64,000 nt of DNA from sequence record MZ234013.1. The stretch is one strand, 5' to 3'. Source of the DNA: Escherichia phage vB_EcoM-101112UKE3-1. The notes under the pieces were generated by a model. That model was not told the DNA's origin. It saw nothing but the letters and a program-made list of their open reading frames with translations, and searched no databases. The position numbers were made by a program, and so were the translations under genes. Shown in pieces: positions 28,834 through 40,823 of the stretch (within the stretch, counting starts at the first letter, position 1; each line of letters opens with the position of its first letter).

Positions 28834-30638
28834 TATGCAATCCTTATCCAACGGTATACAGTAATAGACGGTTGAATATTACTAATATTAGCAGGAGGAG
28901 TATGTGAAGAGTTTGTTGTTGCGTAGTCTTCACGATATTTTGTATATATAGGACCAGTTTCGTCTGGGTCATATTGACATCCTCCAATAATAACTGATCC
29001 ATTTTCGTCTTCAATTAAAACTCTTTCATCAGTTTTAGTCGCAGGAAGATTTGCGTTTTCAAGCGTTACTGATGTTGTACCAACTGTTCCACCGGCGGTA
29101 TGTGAAGGATTTCCGCTAGAATCTAAATCATTATTGTTTAATGCAAAGTTTGGATCTGTAACATCATCATTCCATCCTACTAAAACCTGCCCTTTACCAA
29201 ATAATTTCCATGAACCAAATCCCATATAAGTCACTGGATTATTTGGATTTATAGCATTTTCATAAATTGAACCAACAGGATAAATGCTGTCGAAAATAGA
29301 TGATATTGAATTATACGTTCTAGTATAAGAATCAACTTTTTCAACATTTGGCCAACCGATTTTATCAAAATCTGTTAAGGCTACATCACCAGTAACTTCA
29401 GTAGATGATCCTTTACTAACATAACGGTCATCAGTTAATTCAATAATGTCATCTTTTTCTAAAAGAGTTCCTAAATCATTATTGAACCATGTTATAACGA
29501 TTATATCGCCGGATTCAAATTTTCTATCAAATAAAAGACTGACAGGTTTTCCATCTTCATATTCTATAGAATAATCTGTATTCGATTCTTTCCATTCACC
29601 ACCAAGAGATATACATCCTGCTTGCGTATCTGAGTTAGCACCTTCACACAAAAACAGAGGATATCCTGCTGTTCCAGCTTGTTGTTGTAAAATTCCATTA
29701 AAACGAACTTCAAGAGAATTAGGATTAATAGGTTCTCCAGGAATTAATCCAAATGCAGAGAATGGAATTGATTTCATTGTTGATAAATCAGTAACGTAAA
29801 TACTTCCTTCTAAAGAAGTTTTTGACGTTAATTTTGAATCTAATACTTTTATTTGGCGTCTTGTATATGAACTTCTCCATTGTGATATACCATCCATAAA
29901 TGTTTCAATTTGAACAGTGTCACCAATATTACAAGGCTGTCTTAACCTAATATTAAATCCATCAAGAGGAATCAATTCTCCTTCATTTTCCCCAGGAGAG
30001 CCAAAGTCACTGTTTTCACTAAATACATCGCCATAATATAATTCATTACCGCGGTGTTTTACTCGGATGTTATTAACATTATAGCTAGTTCCGCGGAAAA
30101 CATCTAAAAAGTCTGTTTGTCCTTGAACTTCGACTAAAAATTCTTTACGTGCTACATTACTAATATCTGAACTAATAATTTTGTCAATTTGTTTGTTTTT
30201 GACATATTCCCAACGTCCTGGAGCACAATAAACGAGCTCTAAATCACTAAATTGAGTATTAATTTCAACCGATGATGACGACCCTTTAATTGTATCCCCA
30301 GAAGCAGCTACTAAAGTAACTGGATTAATGTTCCATGTTGCAAATACATCCCTAGCTCTAATTACTTTATTATAATCATTAACAGTTCCTTTAGGAAGTT
30401 GTAAAGTTACTCTTCCAGAAGAGGTATTAATAGCGTATGATTTTCCCCACTTAGCTTTTAATGTTTGACCGGATGAAGCATTATAAGTTTTCCAGGCACC
30501 GGCTGAATATGGAACATCTCCATCGCCAAGTTCATAATAAAGTTCATCAAAGTTTTCATTTATTTTTATACCACCTTTACGCAGGTAGTCACCGGTACCA
30601 TCATCAACAACATTACCGATATTAATATTTTGTTTCAT
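28833..30638 (-). CDS. 10: baseplate wedge protein gp10
   Basis: 601 aa; T4 gp10 is 602 aa. Confidence 0.85.
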   Translation of the reverse strand: MKQNINIGNVVDDGTGDYLRKGGIKINENFDELYYELGDGDVPYSAGAWKTYNASSGQTLKAKWGKSYAINTSSGRVTLQLPKGTVNDYNKVIRARDVFATWNINPVTLVAASGDTIKGSSSSVEINTQFSDLELVYCAPGRWEYVKNKQIDKIISSDISNVARKEFLVEVQGQTDFLDVFRGTSYNVNNIRVKHRGNELYYGDVFSENSDFGSPGENEGELIPLDGFNIRLRQPCNIGDTVQIETFMDGISQWRSSYTRRQIKVLDSKLTSKTSLEGSIYVTDLSTMKSIPFSAFGLIPGEPINPNSLEVRFNGILQQQAGTAGYPLFLCEGANSDTQAGCISLGGEWKESNTDYSIEYEDGKPVSLLFDRKFESGDIIVITWFNNDLGTLLEKDDIIELTDDRYVSKGSSTEVTGDVALTDFDKIGWPNVEKVDSYTRTYNSISSIFDSIYPVGSIYENAINPNNPVTYMGFGSWKLFGKGQVLVGWNDDVTDPNFALNNNDLDSSGNPSHTAGGTVGTTSVTLENANLPATKTDERVLIEDENGSVIIGGCQYDPDETGPIYTKYREDYATTNSSHTPPANISNIQPSITVYRWIRIA

Positions 30639-31504
30639 TATTGAGCCACCCCGATTTTCTGCGTAGCGATAACTTTAACTGCTGCTCTCATACCGACAGT
30701 TGAAGAACTTATAGTTGCCGTTACATAATTTTCTTTAATACTAAATGCAATATTAGCGATTTCGTCTTCTTCTGTTTCATTTCCAACCCGCATGACAGCA
30801 TATTCAGAAGAAATGACCGCTGAATTAACAGTATCTACAAGAATATTTATTTCTGCCGTTTTAATTTTTCTTCCATCTACTGATTGGCATGTAACTAACA
30901 ATTTAGCCATGTTATATTCAGTACGATGAAACAATGGAATGTCAACTGATCCGGATGTAGAAATATTCCATGTACCTTCAGCTGGTGATTCCTTTTGTCC
31001 AAACATACTTTCAATAGAATAATTCCAAACCGATGTAGAATTATCAGATGAAATACAGCGTAAAGTTACTTTACTATATGGGCTAGTTACTACTAAATTA
31101 CCTGAAACACCTTTAATTGAATCAATAGCTTGAATTGTTAAAGGATTAGTAACTGATATTGATCCATTAGAGTTAATGAATTCAACACAATCGCCGAGTT
31201 CGCCTCTTTCAATAATAACTTTAACACCTACAGTAGAGGTATCAATATCATGTCTAGTGCCAACTTTCACTGGAGTTGCGTACTCTGTAATAGAGTGTTT
31301 TTGATAATACCCAGTAGCATGGATAATTTGACCATCTGCTCCAGTGCCATTTGCTACTGCCATTTTACGCTGATCGCCAAACGCATTATAAATTGCGTTA
31401 AAATCACTATTAATTTTATTACCACCGTCGAATAAGATATCACCAGTAGAAGCGTTACCAATTTCGCCGGTATCAATCAATTTCTTTGGTTCTTGAATGA
31501 ACAT
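30638..31504 (-). CDS. 9: baseplate wedge / long tail fiber socket protein gp9
   Basis: 288 aa, same as T4 gp9. Confidence 0.85.
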   Translation of the reverse strand: MFIQEPKKLIDTGEIGNASTGDILFDGGNKINSDFNAIYNAFGDQRKMAVANGTGADGQIIHATGYYQKHSITEYATPVKVGTRHDIDTSTVGVKVIIERGELGDCVEFINSNGSISVTNPLTIQAIDSIKGVSGNLVVTSPYSKVTLRCISSDNSTSVWNYSIESMFGQKESPAEGTWNISTSGSVDIPLFHRTEYNMAKLLVTCQSVDGRKIKTAEINILVDTVNSAVISSEYAVMRVGNETEEDEIANIAFSIKENYVTATISSSTVGMRAAVKVIATQKIGVAQ

Positions 31505-31528
31505 AGCGGTTTCCTTATGAGTTTATAA

Positions 31529-31536
31529 TATTTATA
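31529..31536 (-). promoter_or_regulatory. late promoter box (TATAAATA) for gene 9
   Basis: tatttata about 25 nt upstream of gene 9 ATG. Confidence 0.45.
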
Positions 31537-31545
31537 AAGAAAAAA

Positions 31546-31563
31546 GGGAGCCCATGGGCTCCC
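31546..31563 (-). terminator. terminator after gene 8
   Basis: gggagcccatgggctccc hairpin followed on the minus strand by tttttt. Confidence 0.6.
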
Positions 31564-31568
31564 TTAAT

Positions 31569-32573
31569 TTAAAATGTAAACAGAATATTGATTTCTTCTG
31601 TTTGATCCATTGCCATAATAATAGGTGGCCTATTTTCCATATAAATCATTTCGCCCGAATGCCTCATTAAATCTTCTGGGTCATAATAATCCTTTTCAGC
31701 TTTAACGTTTGGGTCATTTGGATGAGCTTTAGCTTCAAGAGGATTCGTGATTATTGATATTTGTCTAAATCCTTTATTTCCTGGCAATGCAGCATCAGGA
31801 AAATAAACTGAATCTAAATATGCTTTAAAACGGATAGTATTTGCCTTAACCCGGTAAATTAATCCAAAATCATCTTGCTGCCAAGTGAGATTATCTTCAT
31901 ATCCCCATCTAGTCGGGTCTTCTTTTAATTCCTCAGGCCAAGGAACTACGATATATTCATTCGTGCATCTATTTATAGATACATCGGGTGGAATCTCAAA
32001 AAGATATTCCCATACATACCCGTCCCCAGGTTCAATTGTTCCTTCAGCATCTCCTCGACCTTCAGGAGGAGTCATTGACCTAACAGAAGGTGTCCATTTT
32101 CCGCCTAATTTAAGGCATTCATCCTTATCAGTTAAAGATGCGATTGAACACATTCCAGTATCAGGAACATCTAAACAACGATATACTAACCAGCCTGCGC
32201 CTGATTCAGTAGCGTTGTAAGGAGCTGAGTTACACACTACAATATCGTTAATTCTAAATGTGTATGGATCCGGATATCTAGTATCTCCCCAATCTCTGCG
32301 AGGAATAACAGCATCAAGCATTGATGGAAGAACTTTTACTGTTCCCATCATATGCGTCCACATGTCAGTTACGCCTAATACAGAATCGGTTGGATAAGGT
32401 GGGGCAAAGCCCACCTCATTTTCATTTGATGACCACGGTTCTGATCTTCCAAATGTGATAAAGATAGTGTTTTTATCCGGACCACTTCCAATTGAATTAT
32501 AAAAATTCAGCATTTTTTCTGTTCTAAATTTTGAAGTAACTATCGCACGATAGATAACACTTGAATCATTCAT
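31569..32573 (-). CDS. 8: baseplate wedge protein gp8
   Basis: 334 aa, same as T4 gp8. Confidence 0.85.
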   Translation of the reverse strand: MNDSSVIYRAIVTSKFRTEKMLNFYNSIGSGPDKNTIFITFGRSEPWSSNENEVGFAPPYPTDSVLGVTDMWTHMMGTVKVLPSMLDAVIPRRDWGDTRYPDPYTFRINDIVVCNSAPYNATESGAGWLVYRCLDVPDTGMCSIASLTDKDECLKLGGKWTPSVRSMTPPEGRGDAEGTIEPGDGYVWEYLFEIPPDVSINRCTNEYIVVPWPEELKEDPTRWGYEDNLTWQQDDFGLIYRVKANTIRFKAYLDSVYFPDAALPGNKGFRQISIITNPLEAKAHPNDPNVKAEKDYYDPEDLMRHSGEMIYMENRPPIIMAMDQTEEINILFTF

Positions 32574-35500
32574 CTATTTTAACCTGTGTTGGATTTTCAG
32601 GGTCTCTTGGATTTCCTATATTATCTTTTAGACGTTTATTAACTAAATCCCTAAATTGCGCAAATGTTGTTCCAGAAGCATCAAATAGGGGACTCATTAA
32701 TTTACGTCGTTCAGACGGCAATTGACCTTGAAATATTGAATTATTATTTTCAGCATTATAGTCATCAGGAAGAGGATATTCTACACCAGCCATTGGGCCA
32801 GGCTCATAAATTGCTTCGCCTGTTACTGAATCATACTCAATTTCACCGGTTGGAGTTAATTTAGCTACTCTATCAGCATATTCAGTAGGCAATCCAGAAT
32901 CCCATTTATAGTTTTTGTATTTATTAATTATGGTCTCTGTATGTTTAAGAGTTAAACCAACATTAATAAACATCGTTAAAAGGGTAATTGCTATAAATCC
33001 AAATCCTACTGGATGAACAAAACGAATAACGTCAGATTTCCAGCGGGAAGAAGGTAAATTGGATTTAATTTTCATTACATAGTATGATCTACTTCTATTA
33101 ATATAGTCTATATTGTTTTGAAGCAAATCCTTTCCTTTAACTCCACGAATAATTTCGCCTTCAAAACTAGGGAGTCTTTCTGCTTTAACTTCTTGCCCTG
33201 CTATTAAACGCCCCAAAAGATTATGTATAGTCACGGTCCATTGCAATTTACCATTAGAATAACTTCTTTCTATATAAGTAACATTACATCTTCCTGTAGC
33301 TGTATAAATCGTTTGTCCTACTAAATCCTCAGTCAAAGAATCAGATTGAACGATTATATCATATTCAGTACCAGCTCCAGATTCAATTTCAATTTCAACT
33401 TCTTCATTATAAAGAACTTTAAAAAGAAATTTGTATGATGCTTCAATTCCTTTAGTAGAATAAAAATCATAACTACGTGATTCAAAAAATCTTGCAACAG
33501 CATCACGTTTGTCAGCATTTAAATAAATGTTTCTTTTATATATCTCTGACCACAAATATTCCCACGCATGCTCTTCTCGTGGATACTGATTACGAATTAA
33601 ATTTCGTAAATTATTATACTGAGTTCCGTATCCGTCAGAAAGATATTGAATATATGCTTCACAAAATGCCTCAAAATTCGAATCCTGCAACAAATAAGAA
33701 TCAGGCATCATTGTGCCAATTAATGGTCTTAAATCAGGGTCAGCTAATCCATGCTCTTCTTCTGGCGACCAAGGAGTCTCATGCTCTTGGTTTTGTAAAA
33801 ATGCTTTTAAAAATACTCCAGTCGGCTTCCAAATAATTTCTACTGTATCTCTCACACGATAGTTAAAATCATAATAAGAAATTATTTCACCAGAAGATTT
33901 ATAAAAAAGCATCCCAGACGCATATTTTTTAAATCCCGTGAATTTAACATTTGGCATTACTATCGTACAATCACCATCATCCCAGTATTCATGAACTAAT
34001 CTATCTGGTGATGTTTCCGGAATATTTTCTATAACTTTAGTGTATTTTAAATCAGCATAAACTACTACAGCTCTATTAGAGTTGTTTATCCAACAGCGTG
34101 TGTTAGATTTTTTAGACCAATTAAAGAACGGTTCTGCGTAGTATTTCATTGGCTGAGGCGTAAAAGTTTCCCAATCAGACTTTTCATCTGCTATAAATGC
34201 CATCATATGATAATGCTTATCAGCTAACCATTCACGAGGAAATTCATATTTAACGGCACCGATTAACTGATATTTTGCTACAGTTTCAGGGTCATTAACA
34301 ACGTTATCATTTAAAAATTTAAAATTACTCGAAGATAGAGAAACTAATTTACCATCAGTTGACATATTCGCATACCCAGGTTGAATACGTCTTCTTTCTT
34401 CTTCAGTGTTGCCAAAAACTCTTTTCCACGTTTTTGTGTCATGATTTAAAACATATATTCCTTTATCAGTAGAATCAATTATTTTTGACGTTCTAGGATT
34501 AGCATTTAATGTTTCAACTTCACCGATAATAAGAGCAAAAACTTTATCACCAATAGAATCCATTTTATAGCATACTGCTTTAGGATTTCCAGTTATAGTC
34601 ATTGTATCAGATTCAAATAGCCTTTCCGAATATGTTGGAGATAATGGATCAGAATCTATAGGTGCATTGCTCGTTTTTATATATCTAACTTTATCTCTGG
34701 CAACAACATAGATATAATCATCCGTACAAGTAATGGCTTCAGCTATACGATATACATTCGCTGGTAAAGTCGCATAAGTACCAAAGATTTCTACATCAAA
34801 TCCTAAATGTAACTGGTCGCCAAGTTTAGCAAATGTTATATCCTGCGAACTGAATCTGACATCATCTGCTGACCATCTAACGTCAGTCGATTTACGGCCA
34901 TAGAAAATCTTGTCGTATCCTAGAACGTATGTTGTGTTCGCAGATTGGTAATATACTGTCTTAGATAAAGGATATCCTACACGGTCATTGAAGAGCTTTA
35001 CGGCTTTCCAGGTTTGTCCTTTATCATTGGATACTTTAACTACAGGTTGATAGCGCTCAAAAAGATATAGAATTCCTTCTGATTCCATCAAATAAACTCG
35101 GTTAATATCCTTACATACTTGCTGAATAGAACCTTGTATTTCATGATACTCATTTTCACCAATAATAAAATTACTTATTGATGAAACATCAACATACGAT
35201 GGGCTGAATTGAAATGATTCATTCATCAATGCAGCCATTATAGTGTCATTGTTAAAATTAACATAATCAGAATTATTAAGAGTAAATTTTTCCTGAATGA
35301 ATTTATTGGCTAATTGCATTTCAATCATGTTTTGAAATGTATAAGCATTTGTAGCAAAAGTTTCAAACTCTTCGGTATAAATCCAATCAGACTGCTCAAA
35401 ATCTTGCGCAGCTGTAGCTACTCTGATAATGTATGATGTCAATGGGTCAGCATCATCAAAAAAGAAGCTGTTATTTGCAGTATATCCTAAGTTAATCCAT

Positions 35501-35664
35501 CTGTATTGATTACTCGGGAGATTTTCCCCCGAGTTCGTTTTTGTCTCAGCGATTTCTACAAAATAGTAGAAATTAGCACCAACGTCATCCCAGCGTACTT
35601 GCACCTGATTTGCGGATAACTTGGAAATTCTGAGACTAGTGACTGAAGGTGCTTTTACTGTCAT
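32566..35664 (-). CDS. 7: baseplate wedge initiator gp7
   Basis: 1032 aa, same as T4 gp7. Confidence 0.9.
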   Translation of the reverse strand: MTVKAPSVTSLRISKLSANQVQVRWDDVGANFYYFVEIAETKTNSGENLPSNQYRWINLGYTANNSFFFDDADPLTSYIIRVATAAQDFEQSDWIYTEEFETFATNAYTFQNMIEMQLANKFIQEKFTLNNSDYVNFNNDTIMAALMNESFQFSPSYVDVSSISNFIIGENEYHEIQGSIQQVCKDINRVYLMESEGILYLFERYQPVVKVSNDKGQTWKAVKLFNDRVGYPLSKTVYYQSANTTYVLGYDKIFYGRKSTDVRWSADDVRFSSQDITFAKLGDQLHLGFDVEIFGTYATLPANVYRIAEAITCTDDYIYVVARDKVRYIKTSNAPIDSDPLSPTYSERLFESDTMTITGNPKAVCYKMDSIGDKVFALIIGEVETLNANPRTSKIIDSTDKGIYVLNHDTKTWKRVFGNTEEERRRIQPGYANMSTDGKLVSLSSSNFKFLNDNVVNDPETVAKYQLIGAVKYEFPREWLADKHYHMMAFIADEKSDWETFTPQPMKYYAEPFFNWSKKSNTRCWINNSNRAVVVYADLKYTKVIENIPETSPDRLVHEYWDDGDCTIVMPNVKFTGFKKYASGMLFYKSSGEIISYYDFNYRVRDTVEIIWKPTGVFLKAFLQNQEHETPWSPEEEHGLADPDLRPLIGTMMPDSYLLQDSNFEAFCEAYIQYLSDGYGTQYNNLRNLIRNQYPREEHAWEYLWSEIYKRNIYLNADKRDAVARFFESRSYDFYSTKGIEASYKFLFKVLYNEEVEIEIESGAGTEYDIIVQSDSLTEDLVGQTIYTATGRCNVTYIERSYSNGKLQWTVTIHNLLGRLIAGQEVKAERLPSFEGEIIRGVKGKDLLQNNIDYINRSRSYYVMKIKSNLPSSRWKSDVIRFVHPVGFGFIAITLLTMFINVGLTLKHTETIINKYKNYKWDSGLPTEYADRVAKLTPTGEIEYDSVTGEAIYEPGPMAGVEYPLPDDYNAENNNSIFQGQLPSERRKLMSPLFDASGTTFAQFRDLVNKRLKDNIGNPRDPENPTQVKIDE

Positions 35665-37643
35665 TGTGATATAGGCTCCAAATCGATAGTTAAGTATTGT
35701 GGACGTAAGTCATTTTCAAATACAATCAGTGAACCGTCGCGAGTAAAGATAACATCATCGGTTGGGTCAGAATATAATTCGATGGTCTGAACTTCAAATT
35801 TTTCAGATGTTAAATTAATTTTAGCGATATTCCAATAAATCACATCAGCTGGATAATTTATTTCACCGATAACATAGTATTTGTCGCGTCCATCAGAATT
35901 TGCTAATTTGTTAAAATCGTTGCCTGTATATGGCTGAATGTTTTCATTTTCTGTAACATCGCCAGAAGCAAATGGACCAATAATAACTTTACCAATTCCT
36001 TTAGAATCTCGGTCTGTTGATACTATGCGAACGTCATATAATACATCTTCTTCTAAACCAGTATCAGGATTTACAACCTTTCGTCCAGAATTAAATGAAA
36101 ACGTATTAGATTCCATAGAACGATCTTTTATTTGATTATTGTATTTAATACCTGCTTCAGGCGTTTTATAGAAGTTTTGTACTTCACGAACAATTTGAAT
36201 TGTCGCTGATGAGCCAATGATAGAATGATCTGCATCATCTACATATGTCAACATCTTAGATTTAGCGAAAGATGAATTAAAAATTTCTACGTCTTCGGTA
36301 TAATAACGATCAATTTTATCAATTATTTGACCTTCGAGCCACTGTTCGGATTCTTGCAGCTTATTTAAAGCATATGTGACTTTTAAATTAGTCTTAATAA
36401 AAAGATAATTAGGAGAAATAATTGATGGCGTAATAGGAGCTAAATTATAGTCTTTGAGATAATTTTTAATATCTTCACGCTGTACAGTAGTTAAATACAG
36501 ACCTGATTTAGGTTTAGCAGCAATAAATGCATAACCAGGTTTAGTAGAATCAGTGAAAGTCTGAACTGCTTGAATAATAGAACCAAATCTCTCTGAAACG
36601 AATGTATCATAGTCAGTCGCAGTTACGCAGCGTTGCTGGGTTTCGCGTTTAATAGTACCCAATTCGCGGATACGCTCAATATCTTCTGGATCACCGCCGC
36701 CATCTGCCCCAACAAAATCTGGGTCATCGTTTGGATTTTCATTAATATTGATGACAGTTATATTTGTTAATGTATCTGCGTATGAAAATCCGACTGCTCC
36801 GTTCGCGTCAGCACCATTAGTACTGATGTACTCAATAACAATCGTAGAGTTCTGAGTAGGTTTAAGACCTCCGATATAATTAGCGGTCAAAGCTCCTTCA
36901 GAAGCATTAACAGAAATTTCACCTTCACCAAAATAGAATTCAGTATTTCCATCAATAGTTTCACGCATGTAGTAAATTGTCGATGTAGAACCAGCATGAA
37001 CCATTGACTTTCTTGTCCAGTTAATCCATTCTGCTCCATCAACGTATAATTTAACCTGGTTTCTATCAATATTTTTATCATAAATGATAATAGGTGTTAA
37101 TTTATCATAAATGATTTCAGTTCTTACTATACGTCCCTGGGCCAATTTTAAACGCGGAAAATATTGGTTATTTTTATCACGAATAGCAATAACGTCTTCG
37201 GTAGAAACGAAGTTATATGGATTAACAGAAGTATCTTTTGCATATGCTAAAAAGCGAGTTCCGCGAGGAATAGTAATGTAATTCCTATTCAATGCGTCGG
37301 TGCATGTTAACATAATTTCGGTCTGCGCAGCGGATTTTGAAGTAGGTAAATATCCGTTATCTTGTGCAGCTTGAACAACTGAACTTCGTAAGTTAGCAGT
37401 ACGCATAAAGCTTTCATACACAGCAGCATTACCAAACTGTTGAATGTACAATGTATTATAAGCTAAAAGGTCACACAGAACGTTTAATCTTGAGCCTTCA
37501 AAATCATAATCCAAAAATTCATTTTGGCCATTAAGCCATTCAATGAGGTTTTGTTTTATTTCAGCAAACGTACCCCCGACGAATATCTCGGGAATAGCAT
37601 TTGCTGTTCTTGTTAATTGATAATTTACAGGGGTATTTGCCAT
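35661..37643 (-). CDS. 6: baseplate wedge protein gp6
   Basis: 660 aa, same as T4 gp6. Confidence 0.9.
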   Translation of the reverse strand: MANTPVNYQLTRTANAIPEIFVGGTFAEIKQNLIEWLNGQNEFLDYDFEGSRLNVLCDLLAYNTLYIQQFGNAAVYESFMRTANLRSSVVQAAQDNGYLPTSKSAAQTEIMLTCTDALNRNYITIPRGTRFLAYAKDTSVNPYNFVSTEDVIAIRDKNNQYFPRLKLAQGRIVRTEIIYDKLTPIIIYDKNIDRNQVKLYVDGAEWINWTRKSMVHAGSTSTIYYMRETIDGNTEFYFGEGEISVNASEGALTANYIGGLKPTQNSTIVIEYISTNGADANGAVGFSYADTLTNITVININENPNDDPDFVGADGGGDPEDIERIRELGTIKRETQQRCVTATDYDTFVSERFGSIIQAVQTFTDSTKPGYAFIAAKPKSGLYLTTVQREDIKNYLKDYNLAPITPSIISPNYLFIKTNLKVTYALNKLQESEQWLEGQIIDKIDRYYTEDVEIFNSSFAKSKMLTYVDDADHSIIGSSATIQIVREVQNFYKTPEAGIKYNNQIKDRSMESNTFSFNSGRKVVNPDTGLEEDVLYDVRIVSTDRDSKGIGKVIIGPFASGDVTENENIQPYTGNDFNKLANSDGRDKYYVIGEINYPADVIYWNIAKINLTSEKFEVQTIELYSDPTDDVIFTRDGSLIVFENDLRPQYLTIDLEPISQ

Positions 37644-37651
37644 TTTAAATC

Positions 37652-37945
37652 CTATTTAATGAATACTTTAGATGATGCCTGAGCCACAGTATCACCGCAT
37701 GATATTGGATCAGCCATTTGAACAGCTTTCTTTCCAGTGACATATACCTTAGAAGTTCTGGGTTGTGTCACTCCGCCATGTGTTTCATATGGCTTTTTAA
37801 TTTCTGTATGTTCTGTAATTGGATCACCTGCTACGAGAACAGCAATTCCTCCAGTGAATACTTTACTTTGTGTAGCATTCACAACTGTTGGAGGCCATGC
37901 TTCATGACCAGCAGTAACACATTTATCATAACTTAATCCTGACAT
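37652..37945 (-). CDS. 5.4: gp5.4 PAAR-repeat spike tip protein
   Basis: 97 aa; PAAR-like conserved Cys/His pattern; synteny. Confidence 0.8.
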
Positions 37946-38500
37946 CTATGACCTCTCATACACATAGCTTCTTAATTTATTAGCCCAACGACTCCAATTT
38001 CCAACTATAGTTTTAGTATAATTTTTAACGAGAGTTTTTCTTACTGGAGCAGGAGGATCTGTCGGTTCAGTAGTATCAGAAGATGACCTAGAATTACTGC
38101 CAGAACCTCCAGATTCACTTTGTTCTTGGTAGTCATATATTAATGTTACTTCGTAAGTGAATGTCTTCTGGAGGTTTTGAGGAGCTTTCCATAAATACAA
38201 CTGAGTATCAGAATCAGTAGGAAGTTCTTCCCATGAAGCAGCAGTTTTAAATTCATCGCCTAAACGATATTTCAACGCGTCATTTCCAAATCCAAACACA
38301 GATTCATATGTTCCGTATAAGCGATTTTCTTCTACTAAAACCCCAGGAGTTTCTTCGTAACTAGTTATATTTATAGATACTAACGTTTCACCTGTTTCTA
38401 ATTGAGCGGTAAAGGTGACGTCGATAGAAGAACCTTCCATGGATTCTCCTAAATCAGCGCTCATTGGAAGTATATTAGCCAATGTCAATCCTCGATCCAT
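37946..38500 (-). CDS. gp5.1-like protein
   Basis: Track ORF starts at a TTG; in-frame ATG at 38500 (MDRGLTLAN...); overlaps the gene 5 3' end; start uncertain. Confidence 0.55.
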
Positions 38501-40202
38501 CAATTGTGTATTGACCAGATGAAATAGAACTCATAGATGCCATTTTTTCTGTCCAATCACCACCAACGTCCCAATCAACTGTCCCAGCAACTTTCCAAGA
38601 AAGATTTCCATTTACTGTGTTAGTTTGATTTCCTTCAACTAAAGTGGTAGCATCTCCTTTAACTGTGATGTCAGCATTACCTTCAACTACAATAGTAACA
38701 TTACCTTTAACTAGGATAGTTCCATTGCCTTCAACAGTTTTCGTTTCGTCGCCACGTACAAATATTGTATTGCTTCCATCTATCTGGTGAAGACGATTAT
38801 CCATGTTGTAATAAATTTCTGATCCACCGACGTTAGTCTTTTTATCACCGGCTACCAAAAAATTACCATCAGCGTTGGTTATATCATACAAATTATCAAC
38901 AGTTTTTCTTGTTCTTCTTCCTGACGGTGATACTTCTTCATAAGTTCCAGTTGGATGAACTAATCTGTATCGTTCTTGCCCAGGGGTATCATCAAATTCC
39001 TGAATATGTCCACTTTCAGTTTCCATTGTATGCACATAAGGATATTCACCTTTATATGAAGAAACTGGTTCTTTGAATAAAATTCTCGAGTCATTTGGAA
39101 TAGGAGGGTCAGCAGGGTCAGAAGATTTAGCTACAGTAGCAGCCATTGCTGATAGAGACCTAGCTGGGGTTTTCACTTCAACGCCATATGATTCTAAATT
39201 TCCCGTAAGAATAATCATGGTAACACGGGATGCACGGCCTTTTGTTTGTTGATACCACAATGAATCACGACCGGCTTTATATGCTTTTTCCCAATCTCCT
39301 GCTAACATAGCAGTTAACATTGTGTTAAATTTAGCTACACCGCCAACACCCATCTGAAACGCCATATTTTCTAATGCCATTTGACGAGAACGGTTGACAG
39401 CTTGCCAGACTGGTCCTACTTTAGAATGTGATTTAATATCCCTTTGCATATCAGCCAAATCACGTTCAAATAAAGTCGTCGCCTCTTCCATCGTAATAGA
39501 ACCTGGGTTTCCAGTAATTTCACGACCAACTTGTTTTGATAAAACTTTATTAATTTGAGCCATATCACGAACTGGCTGCTTCATGATAAGATGACCAATA
39601 CCAATTGTCGGATATCCTTCTGTATCCCAATAGACTTTTAGTCTTAATCCTTCATCACGGCGAAGCATTTCAGCCATTGACATATTTGGATTATCATCGG
39701 TTGGAATCTCTGATAGTGGTCTATCATCGGGATTTATTGCAGTGTCTAAGTTACTATCTTGGATAATGTTAGAAGACGAATCATATCCTACTTCTCCGCC
39801 TTGGTTTAATACATTAGTATCATTTCCTAAACGTCTAGGATATTGCCCAGTTGGGTCAGAAAATCCTTCAAGTCTATTCGGTTTTTCGCGAACTATTCCA
39901 CCATACGTGCCAAGGACAATTCCGTTAGTTTTCCATTTGTCTAAAAAATGACCATAAACTCTAGTTCCTTCTACCGGTCCAGTAACAGAACCTCCAATTC
40001 CAGACATTGCTGCAGAAGTTATAGGTTGAATAACTGACATCCATGGTAATTTTTCAGTTGGAATACCCATTACATCGCCTTGTGCTCTTTGAGGTGGATG
40101 CAGACCAACCACACGAACACGAACACGACCTAATTTTAATGGGTCCATTCTATCTTCAACAACACCAACAAACCAATTAAGGTTATTACTTATCATTTCC
40201 AT
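38475..40202 (-). CDS. 5: baseplate central spike / tail lysozyme gp5
   Basis: 575 aa; N-terminal OB domain, central lysozyme domain (EGLRLKVYWDTEGYPTIGIGH), C-terminal beta-helix repeats (VxGxxTxxV). Confidence 0.9.
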   Translation of the reverse strand: MEMISNNLNWFVGVVEDRMDPLKLGRVRVRVVGLHPPQRAQGDVMGIPTEKLPWMSVIQPITSAAMSGIGGSVTGPVEGTRVYGHFLDKWKTNGIVLGTYGGIVREKPNRLEGFSDPTGQYPRRLGNDTNVLNQGGEVGYDSSSNIIQDSNLDTAINPDDRPLSEIPTDDNPNMSMAEMLRRDEGLRLKVYWDTEGYPTIGIGHLIMKQPVRDMAQINKVLSKQVGREITGNPGSITMEEATTLFERDLADMQRDIKSHSKVGPVWQAVNRSRQMALENMAFQMGVGGVAKFNTMLTAMLAGDWEKAYKAGRDSLWYQQTKGRASRVTMIILTGNLESYGVEVKTPARSLSAMAATVAKSSDPADPPIPNDSRILFKEPVSSYKGEYPYVHTMETESGHIQEFDDTPGQERYRLVHPTGTYEEVSPSGRRTRKTVDNLYDITNADGNFLVAGDKKTNVGGSEIYYNMDNRLHQIDGSNTIFVRGDETKTVEGNGTILVKGNVTIVVEGNADITVKGDATTLVEGNQTNTVNGNLSWKVAGTVDWDVGGDWTEKMASMSSISSGQYTIDGSRIDIG

Positions 40203-40776
40203 AAGATTTCTCCATTATACGTATAAGGTCGTTCATAAATGAATTAATGTCTGATTTTGCTATTATTTTTATTTGACGAAGTTTTTCATTTTCAAGAACA
40301 GCATCTTCATACGTATTAACAGCAGCAAGTGCTCCTTCATATTGAGGATATTTTCTAGCTTTATCACCTTTATCATACCAAACATATGGATTATCATCGT
40401 ATGATATTAAATTATAAAATTTTTCACCGTTCTCATTCACATGATATACTATTTGGTCTCCACCTACATTTTTGTATTTTTGTATAGATGCTTGATAAGC
40501 TGCTTCTTGTGAAGTAATCCATCCATAATACGGGTCATAATTATCATTACACATCAATAAAACCCAATACAACTGTGGATTTCCATATATAGTATTTGCT
40601 AATTCTTCCGGGCGTGGTGAACCTTTGATATAATAAGTACGTAAGCGGTATCCCGCAAGAGCGCGTTTAAAATAGTCTTTATAGTTTCTAAAAATATCTG
40701 TCATAGGAATAGTCGGCGCGTTTTTATTCACCGTTTTGGCCGCATATTCAATCGGATCAAAAAATGTAAAGAGCAT
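40186..40776 (-). CDS. 53: baseplate wedge protein gp53
   Basis: 196 aa, same as T4 gp53. Confidence 0.85.
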   Translation of the reverse strand: MLFTFFDPIEYAAKTVNKNAPTIPMTDIFRNYKDYFKRALAGYRLRTYYIKGSPRPEELANTIYGNPQLYWVLLMCNDNYDPYYGWITSQEAAYQASIQKYKNVGGDQIVYHVNENGEKFYNLISYDDNPYVWYDKGDKARKYPQYEGALAAVNTYEDAVLENEKLRQIKIIAKSDINSFMNDLIRIMEKSYGNDK

Positions 40777-40789
40777 GGGCCCTCCTGTT

Positions 40790-40812
40790 TATAAATATAT
40801 TATCTATTTATA
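40790..40812. promoter_or_regulatory. divergent late promoter boxes for gene 4 (plus) and gene 53 (minus)
   Basis: Plus-strand TATAAATA at 40790..40797; minus-strand TATAAATA at 40812..40805. Confidence 0.45.
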
Positions 40813-40823
40813 AGGAGAATCCA